Assembly (NCBI GenBank): GCA_963733835.1
Contig: CAVTER010000015.1
Span: 561,988 to 625,987, forward strand
Direction: 5' to 3'
Source: an uncultured Spirochaetota bacterium
GTDB taxonomy: Bacteria; Spirochaetota; Spirochaetia; SZUA-6; Fen-1364
DNA length: 64,000 nucleotides
Shown in pieces: positions 44,210 to 52,358 of this stretch. The notes below the pieces were generated by a model. It did not search any database. It had not been told where the DNA came from and saw only the letters and a list, made by a program, of their open reading frames with translations. Numbering within the stretch: position 1 is the first letter of the stretch; each line of letters starts with the position of its first letter. The position numbers and the translations under genes were made by a program.

Positions 44210-46144
44210 CTATTTCTTTTTCTTCTTCAGCGTCGGCTCGTCCACGTAGAGGTAGGTGCGCTGGGCAAGGCGCGTCCCGTTCCACCACTTCTGCAGCCAG
44301 GGCATGACCCAGTGGTCCAGCCCGAAGCCCCTGCCTGCCCCGCCGATCATGACGAGCGAGACGGCGATGTACCACAGGATCTCCTTGCCCGCCATGGCCC
44401 CGAGCAGGAACATGATGCTCAGGCCGATGGAAACGACGGCGGCGACCGCGGTGAAGAGGCCGCCCACGAGCGCGAGACCGATGAGGACCTCGGCGAGGAC
44501 GATCACGACCTGGAAGAAGAAGGGCGCCTTCGAGACCAGCGCGTCCACCAGCCAGGTGTACAGCCCGGCCGGCTGGCTCAGAAGCGCAGCCCCCGCGCCG
44601 CTTGCGGCCGCCGCGGAGGCGGCAGCCGTCGCGTCGGCAGCCTGGGCCACCGCGGCTGTGGCCGCCGCGGTCGCATCGGCGGCCTGCACCGCCGCCCCGG
44701 TGGCCGCGGCTGTCGCTTCCGCCGCCCCCTCGCCCCACCCCGCTGCCGAGGCCGAGGCAGTGCCCTCCGTGGCGATGATGAAGATCTTCCCGGGCGTCAG
44801 CCACCCCTTGGTGATCTTGCCGATGCCCTCGATCAGCCACATGACTCCGAGGAACACGCGCAGGACGGCCATCCAGTACCCGCGGGTGTTTGCAGCCGCG
44901 AGGCTGCCGAGCACGGAACGCCCGTTCTTGATGTCGAGGAACTCGTGCTTCAGGTACTCCCAGACCTGGTTGATCCCCGCAACGCCGAGGAAGTGGATCA
45001 CGTTGATCAGGTGCTTCGAGGCGATGGCAAAGATGCCCGTCAGCGGGATGCCCAGGACGTGCGCGACGCCCCAGCCGGCGCCCAGGGACACCATGTTGCC
45101 GTGGTAGCTCGAGCGGAAGGCCTTCTTCGGGGTGTCCTCGATCTCGGCGACGATGTTGTGCGCGGCGGTGTCGGCCGTCTGGACGGCGGTCTCGACGATC
45201 TGCGGCAGCATCTTCTCGCCCTCGGTGAAGCACACCACGTCCCCGACCACGTACACGTCGGGGTAGTCGGTGGTCTGCATGAACTCGTTGGTGTGCAGTC
45301 TCCCGTGCCTGCGCGCGATGGAGAGGCGCAGGCTCGAGGCGAACTTGCAGGCCTTGATCCCCGCTGTCCAGATGAATGTCTTCGTGGCGATGCTGCCCTT
45401 GCCCCCCAGCAGCACCTTGCCCGGCTCCGCTCCGGTGATCGGCGTGCCGAGGAGGAACTCCACTCCCCTCCTCTCGAGGTAGCGGCGGGCCTTCTTCTGC
45501 AGCTTCTCGGGCATGGTGGGAAGGATCTTGTCGACTGCCTCGATCACGACGATGCGGACCTCGGAGGGGTCGATGCCGTGGTCGCGGCACAGCTGCGCGC
45601 GCCAGTCCTTCAGCTCGCCGGCCAGCTCCATGCCCGTGAATCCCGCTCCCGCGATCGCGAAGGTCAGCAGCTCGGCCCGCTTCGCGGGGTCGGTCTGCTT
45701 GGAGGCCTGGCTGACCATGTCGTGGATGTGGCGGCGGATCGCCACCGCCTCGCCGAGGGACCACAGCGTGAAGGCGTTCTCCTTGATCCCGGGGATGTCG
45801 TAGAACTCCGGCTCGGCGCCCACGCCGATCACGAGGTAGTCGTAGGGGTATTCTCCCACGCTCCCGACCAGCTTACGGGCCTTGAAGTCGATGGTCGTGA
45901 TCCTGTCGGTGACGAGCGTGACCTTCTTGCCGCCGAAGATCTTGCGGAAGCTGATCTCCACGGCCCCCGGCTCCACGCGGCCACCGGCAACCTCGTGCAG
46001 CTCCGTCATGAAGGTGTGGTACGGGTTCTTGTCGACAAGGATGATCTCTATGTCACGGCGCTTCTTCAGCTTCCTGTACAGGCCCTTGACGGCCTCCACG
46101 CCGCCGTAGCCGCCGCCAAGTACAACGATGCGCGTGTGTGTCAT
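44210..46144 (-). CDS. ndh: Type-II NADH dehydrogenase (NDH-2) with about 240 aa C-terminal Ala/Thr-rich linker plus 2-3 TM extension (Ndh2-like)
   Basis: Two Rossmann motifs (VVLGGGYGG, IAGAGFTGMELAGEL). The C-terminus has the low-complexity AAEATAAATGAAVQAADATAAATAAVAQAADATAAAS segment and hydrophobic helices. Stop is 4 nt from the polyprenyl synthase start. Confidence 0.8.
   Translation of the reverse strand: MTHTRIVVLGGGYGGVEAVKGLYRKLKKRRDIEIILVDKNPYHTFMTELHEVAGGRVEPGAVEISFRKIFGGKKVTLVTDRITTIDFKARKLVGSVGEYPYDYLVIGVGAEPEFYDIPGIKENAFTLWSLGEAVAIRRHIHDMVSQASKQTDPAKRAELLTFAIAGAGFTGMELAGELKDWRAQLCRDHGIDPSEVRIVVIEAVDKILPTMPEKLQKKARRYLERRGVEFLLGTPITGAEPGKVLLGGKGSIATKTFIWTAGIKACKFASSLRLSIARRHGRLHTNEFMQTTDYPDVYVVGDVVCFTEGEKMLPQIVETAVQTADTAAHNIVAEIEDTPKKAFRSSYHGNMVSLGAGWGVAHVLGIPLTGIFAIASKHLINVIHFLGVAGINQVWEYLKHEFLDIKNGRSVLGSLAAANTRGYWMAVLRVFLGVMWLIEGIGKITKGWLTPGKIFIIATEGTASASAAGWGEGAAEATAAATGAAVQAADATAAATAAVAQAADATAAASAAAASGAGAALLSQPAGLYTWLVDALVSKAPFFFQVVIVLAEVLIGLALVGGLFTAVAAVVSIGLSIMFLLGAMAGKEILWYIAVSLVMIGGAGRGFGLDHWVMPWLQKWWNGTRLAQRTYLYVDEPTLKKKKK
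44600..44760 (-). repeat. Imperfect in-frame tandem repeats encoding an Ala/Thr-rich linker inside ndh2
   Basis: gccgccgcgg…ggcggc(c/a)tg(g/c)…accgc repeated units translate to AAVQAADATAAAT / AAVAQAADATAAAS. Confidence 0.5.
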
Positions 46145-46225
46145 GGGTGTCCTTCTCCGGGAAAAACTATTCGTGCCCGGCCCGCAACCGACCGGGACCT
46201 TTCATGTTCCATGGCCCGGGCAGGT

Positions 46226-46255
46226 TTGTCAAGGCGCCCCGACGCGTGGTATAAG
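46226..46255 (+). promoter_or_regulatory. Candidate sigma70-type promoter for apbE
   Basis: TTGTCA, 18 nt spacer, then TATAAG, ending 6 nt before the first ATG (46262) and 42 nt before the alternative ATG (46298). Confidence 0.35.
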
Positions 46256-46261
46256 CGCGGC

Positions 46262-47443
46262 ATGCGCCTTTTCCGCGGTTTTTGGCTCTGTCCGGCCATG
46301 TCCCTCGCCGTCTGCCTCCTCGCCGCCCCGGTCCCTGTCGCCGCGCGGGGAACCGCGGAGCAGCCGCGGTCACGGACCGAGGTCGGGCTGCTGGGCACTT
46401 CGTGCACCATCACCATCTACGGCGGGTACTCGGAAGCCGCCCTCGATGCCTCCTTCGCCCGCATCGCGCAGATCGAGCAGCGCATGACGGTGAACAGGGA
46501 GGACAGCGAGGTCGTCAGAGTGAACCGGGAAGCCGGAAAGCGTCCCGTCCAGGTGTCGGCCGACACCTTCGCGGTCATCTCCCGGGGCCTTGAGATCTCG
46601 CGCGCGGGTAACGGCGCCTTCGACATCACCGTCGGGCCGCTCGTGAAGCTCTGGGGCATCGGGACGGCCGCGGCCCGCGTCCCGTCAGCCGCCGAGATCC
46701 GCCGCGCACTCGCGCTCGTGGACTGGCGCGGCGTGACCCTGTCGCAGGCCGACTCCTCGGTGTTCCTCGAGCGGAAGGGAATGGCACTCGACCTGGGAGC
46801 GATCGCCAAGGGCTACGCGGCCGACGACGCCGTCCGCATCCTGCGGGAGCACGGGGTGAACAGCGCGCTTGTCGACCTGGGCGGCAACGTCCTCACCCTC
46901 GGCGCCAAGCCCGACCGGTCCCCCTGGAAGATCGGCGTGCAGAACCCCGAGGAGCCGCGCGGCACGCACATCGGGATCGTCGACGTCGGCGAAACGGCCG
47001 TGGTGACCTCGGGATCCTACGAGCGGTTCTTCGAAGCGGGCGGCCGGCGCTACCATCACCTCCTGGACACAACGACCGGCGCTCCCGTGGACAACGGCCT
47101 GACGGCGGTCATGATCATCTCGGCCAGCTCCACGACCGCGGACGGCTGGTCCACCCTCGCATTCGCTCTCGGCCTCGAGCGCGGTCGGGCAATGGTCGAG
47201 GGGTCGAAGGGAGAGGTGGAGGCGCTTTTCATCACGAAGGCCCGTGACGTTTTCGTGACGCCGGGGCTTCGAAAGCGCTTCCGGCTCGACAGACCCGCGC
47301 TTCACGCTCAGGGAGTGACGGGCCCCCCCGCCTGCCGTGGGGCCTGCCAGCGGCACACCCTGCGCTGCAGCGCGTCGATGAGCAGGAACAGGAGCAGCCC
47401 GGCCAGCCCGAGGGCGAGGATGCCCGCATACATGTCAGGATAG
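46262..47443 (+). CDS. apbE: ApbE-family FAD:protein FMN transferase (FmnB-like), secreted
   Basis: Signal peptide plus ApbE blocks (…LDLGAIAKGYAADDAV…, …TSGSYERFF…HHLLD…). The in-frame stop is at 47443, but the last approximately 45 codons look non-native and overlap the convergent permease. A +1 shift would end at ~47309. Confidence 0.8.
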   Translation: MRLFRGFWLCPAMSLAVCLLAAPVPVAARGTAEQPRSRTEVGLLGTSCTITIYGGYSEAALDASFARIAQIEQRMTVNREDSEVVRVNREAGKRPVQVSADTFAVISRGLEISRAGNGAFDITVGPLVKLWGIGTAAARVPSAAEIRRALALVDWRGVTLSQADSSVFLERKGMALDLGAIAKGYAADDAVRILREHGVNSALVDLGGNVLTLGAKPDRSPWKIGVQNPEEPRGTHIGIVDVGETAVVTSGSYERFFEAGGRRYHHLLDTTTGAPVDNGLTAVMIISASSTTADGWSTLAFALGLERGRAMVEGSKGEVEALFITKARDVFVTPGLRKRFRLDRPALHAQGVTGPPACRGACQRHTLRCSASMSRNRSSPASPRARMPAYMSG

Positions 47444-48093
47444 GCAAGCCGCATCCAGCTTTCGACGACGAAGTATCCCAGCCCCCGACGCGTCCCGAAA
47501 GTCTCCGCGAAGAACAGGACCGCCAGTGCCGTCCCTGTTCCCACGCGCAGGGCGGACAGCACCTGCGGCAGCACGGCCGGCCAGGTCACGAAGCGCGCAG
47601 TCTGCCATCTGTTCGCGCCCAGGGAGCGAAGCGAGACGAAATACTGTCCCGGGATGTCCCTTGCCGCGTCGCGGACCGACACCAGGACCTGGAAGAACAG
47701 CACGAGAAAGACGATCGACACTTTGGACGCGTCAGCAAGTCCGAACAGCAGCATGACGACGGGCAGGAGCGCGATCTTCGGCACGGGGTACAGGAGGTAG
47801 GTAGCGGGCGAGAGCGCCCTCCCGACTGCACGCGAACGGCCCATGACAAGACCGAGCGGTACCGCGGTCAGCAGGGCGAGGGCCAGCCCCGCGGCGATCC
47901 GGGCGAGGCTCGAAAGGGCGTGCAGGCCAAGGAGCCGGGGCGCAAGCTCGACGAAACGGAGAAGAACCGGCCAGGGGCCTGGAACCACAACCCCACCCGT
48001 GGCGACCGACAGGAGCCACCAGGCAGGAAGTAAGGAGAGAGCAACCGCAATTCCAGCCAGATTCCACTTGAATCTGTATCTTTCAGTGCTCAT
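47308..48093 (-). CDS. ABC transporter permease (NitT/TauT / SsuC family)
   Basis: 6 TM helices and EAA-like loop region. Start MSTERYRFKWN at 48093. Confidence 0.75.
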   Translation of the reverse strand: MSTERYRFKWNLAGIAVALSLLPAWWLLSVATGGVVVPGPWPVLLRFVELAPRLLGLHALSSLARIAAGLALALLTAVPLGLVMGRSRAVGRALSPATYLLYPVPKIALLPVVMLLFGLADASKVSIVFLVLFFQVLVSVRDAARDIPGQYFVSLRSLGANRWQTARFVTWPAVLPQVLSALRVGTGTALAVLFFAETFGTRRGLGYFVVESWMRLAYPDMYAGILALGLAGLLLFLLIDALQRRVCRWQAPRQAGGPVTP

Positions 48094-48838
48094 TTGGGAC
48101 AACCCTGTGCTTTTCCAGTGAACTTCGTATCTTTCTCTCAAGCTCGAAGAAATCACTTGAAGTTCTGAACCCACGCGATCCTCTCCCAGGATTTTCGAAA
48201 TGCTCCACGATCCGTGCCGGCCTGCCAGCAAGCAGGGAAATGGAGTCGCCAAGGAACGCCGCCTCCTCAATGCTGTGTGTCACGACCACGCAGCTCACGG
48301 GGCGCTCCCGTAGCAGGCCCACGAGCAGGTCCTGGAGCGTTTCCCGGGTCATCGCGTCCAGTGCCGAGAAAGGCTCGTCCAGGAGCAGCAGGTGAGGCTG
48401 AAGGGAAAGACTCCTTGCGATGGCGAGTCTCTGCTGTTCGCCCCCGCTGAGCTCGGCGGGAAAGCTCCCCGCGCGGCTGGAGAGCCCGACATGGCCGAGC
48501 AGTGCGGCTGCGGCAGCCATCCGCTCGCGCCTCCCCGCGCCCCTGATCCGCAGGCCGAGGGCGGCGTTTTCCGCCGCAGTGAACCAGGGGAAGAGACCGT
48601 ACTGCTGGTGCACCAGGCTGATCCGCGTGTCCCCCGCGGCGACTGCTGACCCATGGAGCAGGGCATCGCCCGCGTCCGGGGCCTTCAGCCCGGCGGCGAC
48701 CACCAGGAGCGTGGTCTTCCCGCATCCAGAGGGCCCGATGATGCACTCGGTACGGCCCGCGGGGACCTGGATCGAGACACCCTCGATGACCCGCCCCCTG
48801 CCGGGATAGGAGGCACAGAGGTCACGGAGTTCGAGCAT
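48083..48838 (-). CDS. ABC transporter ATP-binding protein (NitT/TauT family)
   Basis: Walker A GPSGCGKTT, signature LSGGEQQR, Walker B LLLLDEPFSALD. Confidence 0.85.
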   Translation of the reverse strand: MLELRDLCASYPGRGRVIEGVSIQVPAGRTECIIGPSGCGKTTLLVVAAGLKAPDAGDALLHGSAVAAGDTRISLVHQQYGLFPWFTAAENAALGLRIRGAGRRERMAAAAALLGHVGLSSRAGSFPAELSGGEQQRLAIARSLSLQPHLLLLDEPFSALDAMTRETLQDLLVGLLRERPVSCVVVTHSIEEAAFLGDSISLLAGRPARIVEHFENPGRGSRGFRTSSDFFELERKIRSSLEKHRVVPNEH

Positions 48839-49766
48839 TGCCGCTTACGAAGGAGCCGAGGACGATGTCGTCCCACGCCGGGAGCTTTTCGATGAGCCCC
48901 TTCTGTTTCATCCACGACGCCACGTCCGCCACGTCGGCAGCCGTCGGCACAAAAGCCCGTCGGTACCGGGGGAACCGAAGGCTCTCGCGCACGGAGGCGG
49001 GAAACTCGCATCGCAGGGCGACCGGAGTGCGAAAGGCGTCGGGCCGGGCATGCAGGTCGGCCACAGCACGGTCGTAGGCGCGGTAGAAAGCGGCGATCTC
49101 CGCCGGCTTCTCGGCGAGCGCCCTGCCCGTGAAGAGGATGACTCCCACCGTCCGGTCGAGCCCGGAAGAGTCGGCCAGGAGTCGCGCGCCCCGCTGCACG
49201 GCTGCCGTCGAAAGCGGCTCTGGGAGGCACGCTGCCTCCACCTGGCCTGCCAGCAGCATCTCCATGCGCACGGGCACCTGCACGATGGGCACGAGCTGCA
49301 CGGAGGCGGGATCGGCCCCGGCTGCCTGCAGGAGCCGCTCGGTGACGTAGAACACGATGCTCGCCTCCAGGAGCCCCGTGGGCACTTTCCGCGTCCCGAC
49401 GGCCTTCCAGCCGGCGAGATCGCCCAGCGCCGATCTCGGCGCGGCGAGCAGCCCGAAGTCCCCCTGCGACGCCGAGGTCACCATGGTGCCGGCGCTCCGG
49501 TTCCACCCCTGGATGGCGTTGATGAGGTCGGAAACCGTCCCGTCGATCGCGTTCGACTGCAGCGCGGCCTCCCTGTACATCTGGCTCTGGAACAGGGTGA
49601 GCGTCACCCGGACTCCCTCGGCCTCGAAGTACCCCCTCTCCTCGGCAGCCACGAGGGGCGCTGAGTTGAGCGCGGGCATGAGGCCGACTGCAAGGTCTGC
49701 GCGGGCGGAGGCGGCCGCGACCAGCGCGGCGAGGGAGCAGGCAAGGAGTCTTTTCACCGGGGACAC
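48822..49766 (-). CDS. ABC transporter periplasmic substrate-binding protein (NMT1/THI5-like, NitT/TauT family)
   Basis: GTG start, signal peptide, SsuA/ThiY-like fold indicators. Confidence 0.65.
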   Translation of the reverse strand: MSPVKRLLACSLAALVAAASARADLAVGLMPALNSAPLVAAEERGYFEAEGVRVTLTLFQSQMYREAALQSNAIDGTVSDLINAIQGWNRSAGTMVTSASQGDFGLLAAPRSALGDLAGWKAVGTRKVPTGLLEASIVFYVTERLLQAAGADPASVQLVPIVQVPVRMEMLLAGQVEAACLPEPLSTAAVQRGARLLADSSGLDRTVGVILFTGRALAEKPAEIAAFYRAYDRAVADLHARPDAFRTPVALRCEFPASVRESLRFPRYRRAFVPTAADVADVASWMKQKGLIEKLPAWDDIVLGSFVSGNARTP

Positions 49767-49767
49767 C

Positions 49768-50691
49768 TCATGGGCGGGGCAGGAGCCAGGCGGCGCAGTA
49801 CAGCGCGCCGTACACCAGGTGGTGAAGCATGACCAGGGGAATCAGAGAGCGGGGACGCTGCAGGTGGCGGACGACGACCAGGGTCGCCGGGACGGCCGCG
49901 GGCATCGCGGCCAGCGTGAGCCAGGGGCGCGGGAAAAGACCCGCCGCGGCCAGGACCCAGGGACCGGCATAGGCCAGCAGGAGGAGGGAGACGTACAGAC
50001 CCGCGGCGGCCCGGTAGCCGATGCGCACGCTCAGCGTCCGGATCCCGTGGCGACGGTCGGCACCGAAGTCACGGATCTCGTTCGTCAGCAGGATCAGAGA
50101 CACCAGGATGCTCACCGGGATCGAGATCCACAGGGCGGGGACCGAGAGAACCCCCGCTGTCGCGTAGTAGGAGCCCTCCACCATCAGCACGCCCATGAGG
50201 AAGAAGACAAACGCCACGCCGAGGCCGCGGCGCTTGTAGTTGAACGGCTCCCCGGTGTAGAAGTACCCGCCGACAAAACCGACCGCGCCCAGGGCGACGA
50301 GCCCCCACCCCGTCCGCCACGCGAGGAAAAGGCCGACGGGCGCCACCAGCGCGAAACAGGCCAGCCCCGACAGGAAGATGAACCACTCCAGCGCGTCCCG
50401 CTCGGCACCGAACACGGCGAGGTGCGCGATCTTGTCGTCAAGTCTCCGCTGCTTGAACTCGAAGAAGTCGTTGACCAGGTTCACGCCGGCCTGCAGGGCG
50501 ATGCCGGCCGCGAGCACGAGGACCGAGTGCAGGAGGCTGCCCCGGCCGTCCCGCCAGGCCAGCGCCACCCCCAGGAAGCACGAGAAGGCGGCGATGACCA
50601 GCGAGGCGGGCCGCAGGGCCTTCACCCACGCCCGTAACGTGCGGGCATCGAACGCTGTCCGCGCGAGGGCGGGGATGCTCGGCAGGGTCAT
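49768..50691 (-). CDS. UbiA-family prenyltransferase, MenA paralog (DmkA-like 1,4-dihydroxy-2-naphthoate polyprenyltransferase)
   Basis: 8-9 TM helices. Asp-rich prenyl-diphosphate motif (GVNLVNDFFEFKQRRLDD) and a second D-rich region. ATG verified at 50691. Confidence 0.75.
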   Translation of the reverse strand: MTLPSIPALARTAFDARTLRAWVKALRPASLVIAAFSCFLGVALAWRDGRGSLLHSVLVLAAGIALQAGVNLVNDFFEFKQRRLDDKIAHLAVFGAERDALEWFIFLSGLACFALVAPVGLFLAWRTGWGLVALGAVGFVGGYFYTGEPFNYKRRGLGVAFVFFLMGVLMVEGSYYATAGVLSVPALWISIPVSILVSLILLTNEIRDFGADRRHGIRTLSVRIGYRAAAGLYVSLLLLAYAGPWVLAAAGLFPRPWLTLAAMPAAVPATLVVVRHLQRPRSLIPLVMLHHLVYGALYCAAWLLPRP

Positions 50692-50755
50692 GACGGGAGA
50701 ACAGTAGCAGAATCGAAAGCGCGGCGCAAGAAAACCGCGACGGCCGAGGCGGGAG

Positions 50756-51392
50756 CTACCAGAGGGGGTGCGGCCTGAGCAGGGTGTACACGAGCGCGGC
50801 CCAGGGGACGGCCACGATGGCGAGAAGCGCCAGCGCCCCGGCCCACGTGGTGCGGCTGGCCAGCGCATCGTGCGGCCCCTGGTCCTCGGCCCCCGCCTGC
50901 ACCTCTTCCAGGAGCCGGTCGATGCTGCCGATCAGGTCCCTGCGCTCGACCTTCGCGCGCAACCCCATGATCCGCTGGAAGTAGAAGAGCGATCTGCCTA
51001 TCAGCCCGCCCACGCGGCCCGGGATCTGCAGGTCCTCGCGCAGGCTGAACTGGGATATCGCGATCATCCCGACCAGCGCGGTAGCCTTGGCCACGCCGTT
51101 TCGCAGCGCCGCCTCCGTGATCGGCCTGCCGGCCACGGTCAGGAGGACCCTGCCCGTCGGGACAAGGAGGTTGAAGAGCACGATCCCCACGGTGACGACG
51201 ATCGTCTGCACAGCCCGGACCCTGCGGCCCCCTGCCGCATTCAGGCCGATGAAGAACAGGATCTCCAGCGCGCGGATACCCGCGTCCTGCTGGAAGAGGA
51301 ACGCCGGCAGAAGGAGCGCTCCCGCGGCGAACAGCGCGCGGGCGGACACAGCGCCCCGCAGCAGCCCGCCGCGCGGGGGCCGCGTGCCGCTC
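50756..51392 (-). CDS. EcfT-like polytopic membrane protein (FmnA-type candidate), hypothetical
   Basis: GTG start overlapping the stop of the upstream Gx transporter (GTGA). About 212 aa with 4-5 TM helices and an EcfT-like loop (…GRPITEAALRNGVAKATALVGMIAISQFS…). Confidence 0.45.
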
Positions 51393-51960
51393 ACAGCCGC
51401 TCCCGGAGCGCGGCCAGCCACCGCGACCTGGCGCTGAACCGCTCCGCGAAGACTCCCAGGAGCGCCGCGGTCGCCGTCCCGAGGGCGAGAAACGGCGGCG
51501 CGATGAGCCACGCCCCCTCCCCGAAGATGAGGAGGCGTGCCAGCACGACCTGGGAGGCGTTGCTGAACAGGGCCCCCAGGACGCTCACTCCGAGCAGCGA
51601 GACCCGGGTCTTGAGCAGGCGTCGGGCCGCGAGCATGGCCAGGCCGCTCGCGAAGGACCCCACGGCCGAGAAGAGGAAGACGTACGAGACGAGGGTCCCG
51701 CTCACCAGGCCCTGCCCGACCACCTTCAGGAACACGACGCCCAGGACGGCCGACGCCGGCAGCAGGTCAACGGCCAGGAGGATCGGCAGGTTCGCGATGC
51801 CCACGCGCAGGAAGGGAACCGGCTTGGGAATCAGGAACTCCAGCGTGGAGAGGAACAGGCACAGTGCGCCCAGGAACGCCACGAGGTCCTGCCGGCCGGA
51901 CAGCCTGCCCGGCAGGAGGCCGACTTCTTCCGACCGGACCGCCCTACCAGGAGCTGTCAT
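51391..51960 (-). CDS. Gx transporter family protein (Pfam Hpt_synt_1 / ECF-S-like, EetB-type)
   Basis: 189 aa, 5 TM helices, motif …LEFLIPKPVPFLRVGIANLPILLAV… Overlaps the upstream NusG-II gene by 17 nt. Confidence 0.6.
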   Translation of the reverse strand: MTAPGRAVRSEEVGLLPGRLSGRQDLVAFLGALCLFLSTLEFLIPKPVPFLRVGIANLPILLAVDLLPASAVLGVVFLKVVGQGLVSGTLVSYVFLFSAVGSFASGLAMLAARRLLKTRVSLLGVSVLGALFSNASQVVLARLLIFGEGAWLIAPPFLALGTATAALLGVFAERFSARSRWLAALRERL

Positions 51961-52309
51961 CGAGCTTCTCCCCCGTTGTGCCGCGCACCCGCACGAAGAC
52001 CCTGTTCGGCAGGCAGGCGATCCACTGCCCCGGTTTCGACACGGCAGCCATGGCGACGCAGAGCTTGTCGGGGCACGGCGAGTCCACGACGCGGGCCCCG
52101 CCCGCGTCAATGACAACGATCGTGTCGCCCAGTGGACCTGCAACGGGCAGGCGGCGCTCCGCCGAGAGAGGGTATATCCATTGCTTTCCAGAGGCCTCCA
52201 CCACGACGTCGCCTGCCCGGGAGGGTCCCGCGTACGCGAACCACGCGGAGGTCCCCACCACGACGGCCGAGAGGATGATCGCGAGGTAGTCGAACAGCCG
52301 CAGCTTCAT
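51944..52309 (-). CDS. NusG-domain-II (DUF1312) single-pass membrane protein
   Basis: 121 aa. N-terminal TM helix, then a beta domain with the signature SPCPDKLCVAMAAVSKPGQWIACLPNRVFVRVRG. The longer ORF start (MPRGTLFF…) merely translates the upstream terminator hairpin. Confidence 0.7.
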   Translation of the reverse strand: MKLRLFDYLAIILSAVVVGTSAWFAYAGPSRAGDVVVEASGKQWIYPLSAERRLPVAGPLGDTIVVIDAGGARVVDSPCPDKLCVAMAAVSKPGQWIACLPNRVFVRVRGTTGEKLDDSSW

Positions 52310-52321
52310 CGGCGCATTCCC

Positions 52322-52353
52322 CGGCAAAAAAAAGAGGGTGCCGCGAGGCACCC
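52322..52353 (-). terminator. Rho-independent terminator downstream of tRNA-Val
   Basis: On the minus strand, GGGTGCC-TCGC-GGCACCC hairpin followed by T8. Confidence 0.7.
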
Positions 52354-52358
52354 TGAAA

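Noticed and set aside
44600-44760. Short direct repeats, considered as a possible CRISPR array or mobile-element terminus
   Set aside because: The repeats are in-frame codon repeats inside ndh2 that encode an Ala/Thr linker. There are no spacers of regular length and no cas genes.
52309-52351. N-terminal extension MPRGTLFFLPGNAP of the NusG-II ORF
   Set aside because: It is simply the translation of the tRNA-Val terminator hairpin and T-tract. The real start is the internal ATG at 52309.
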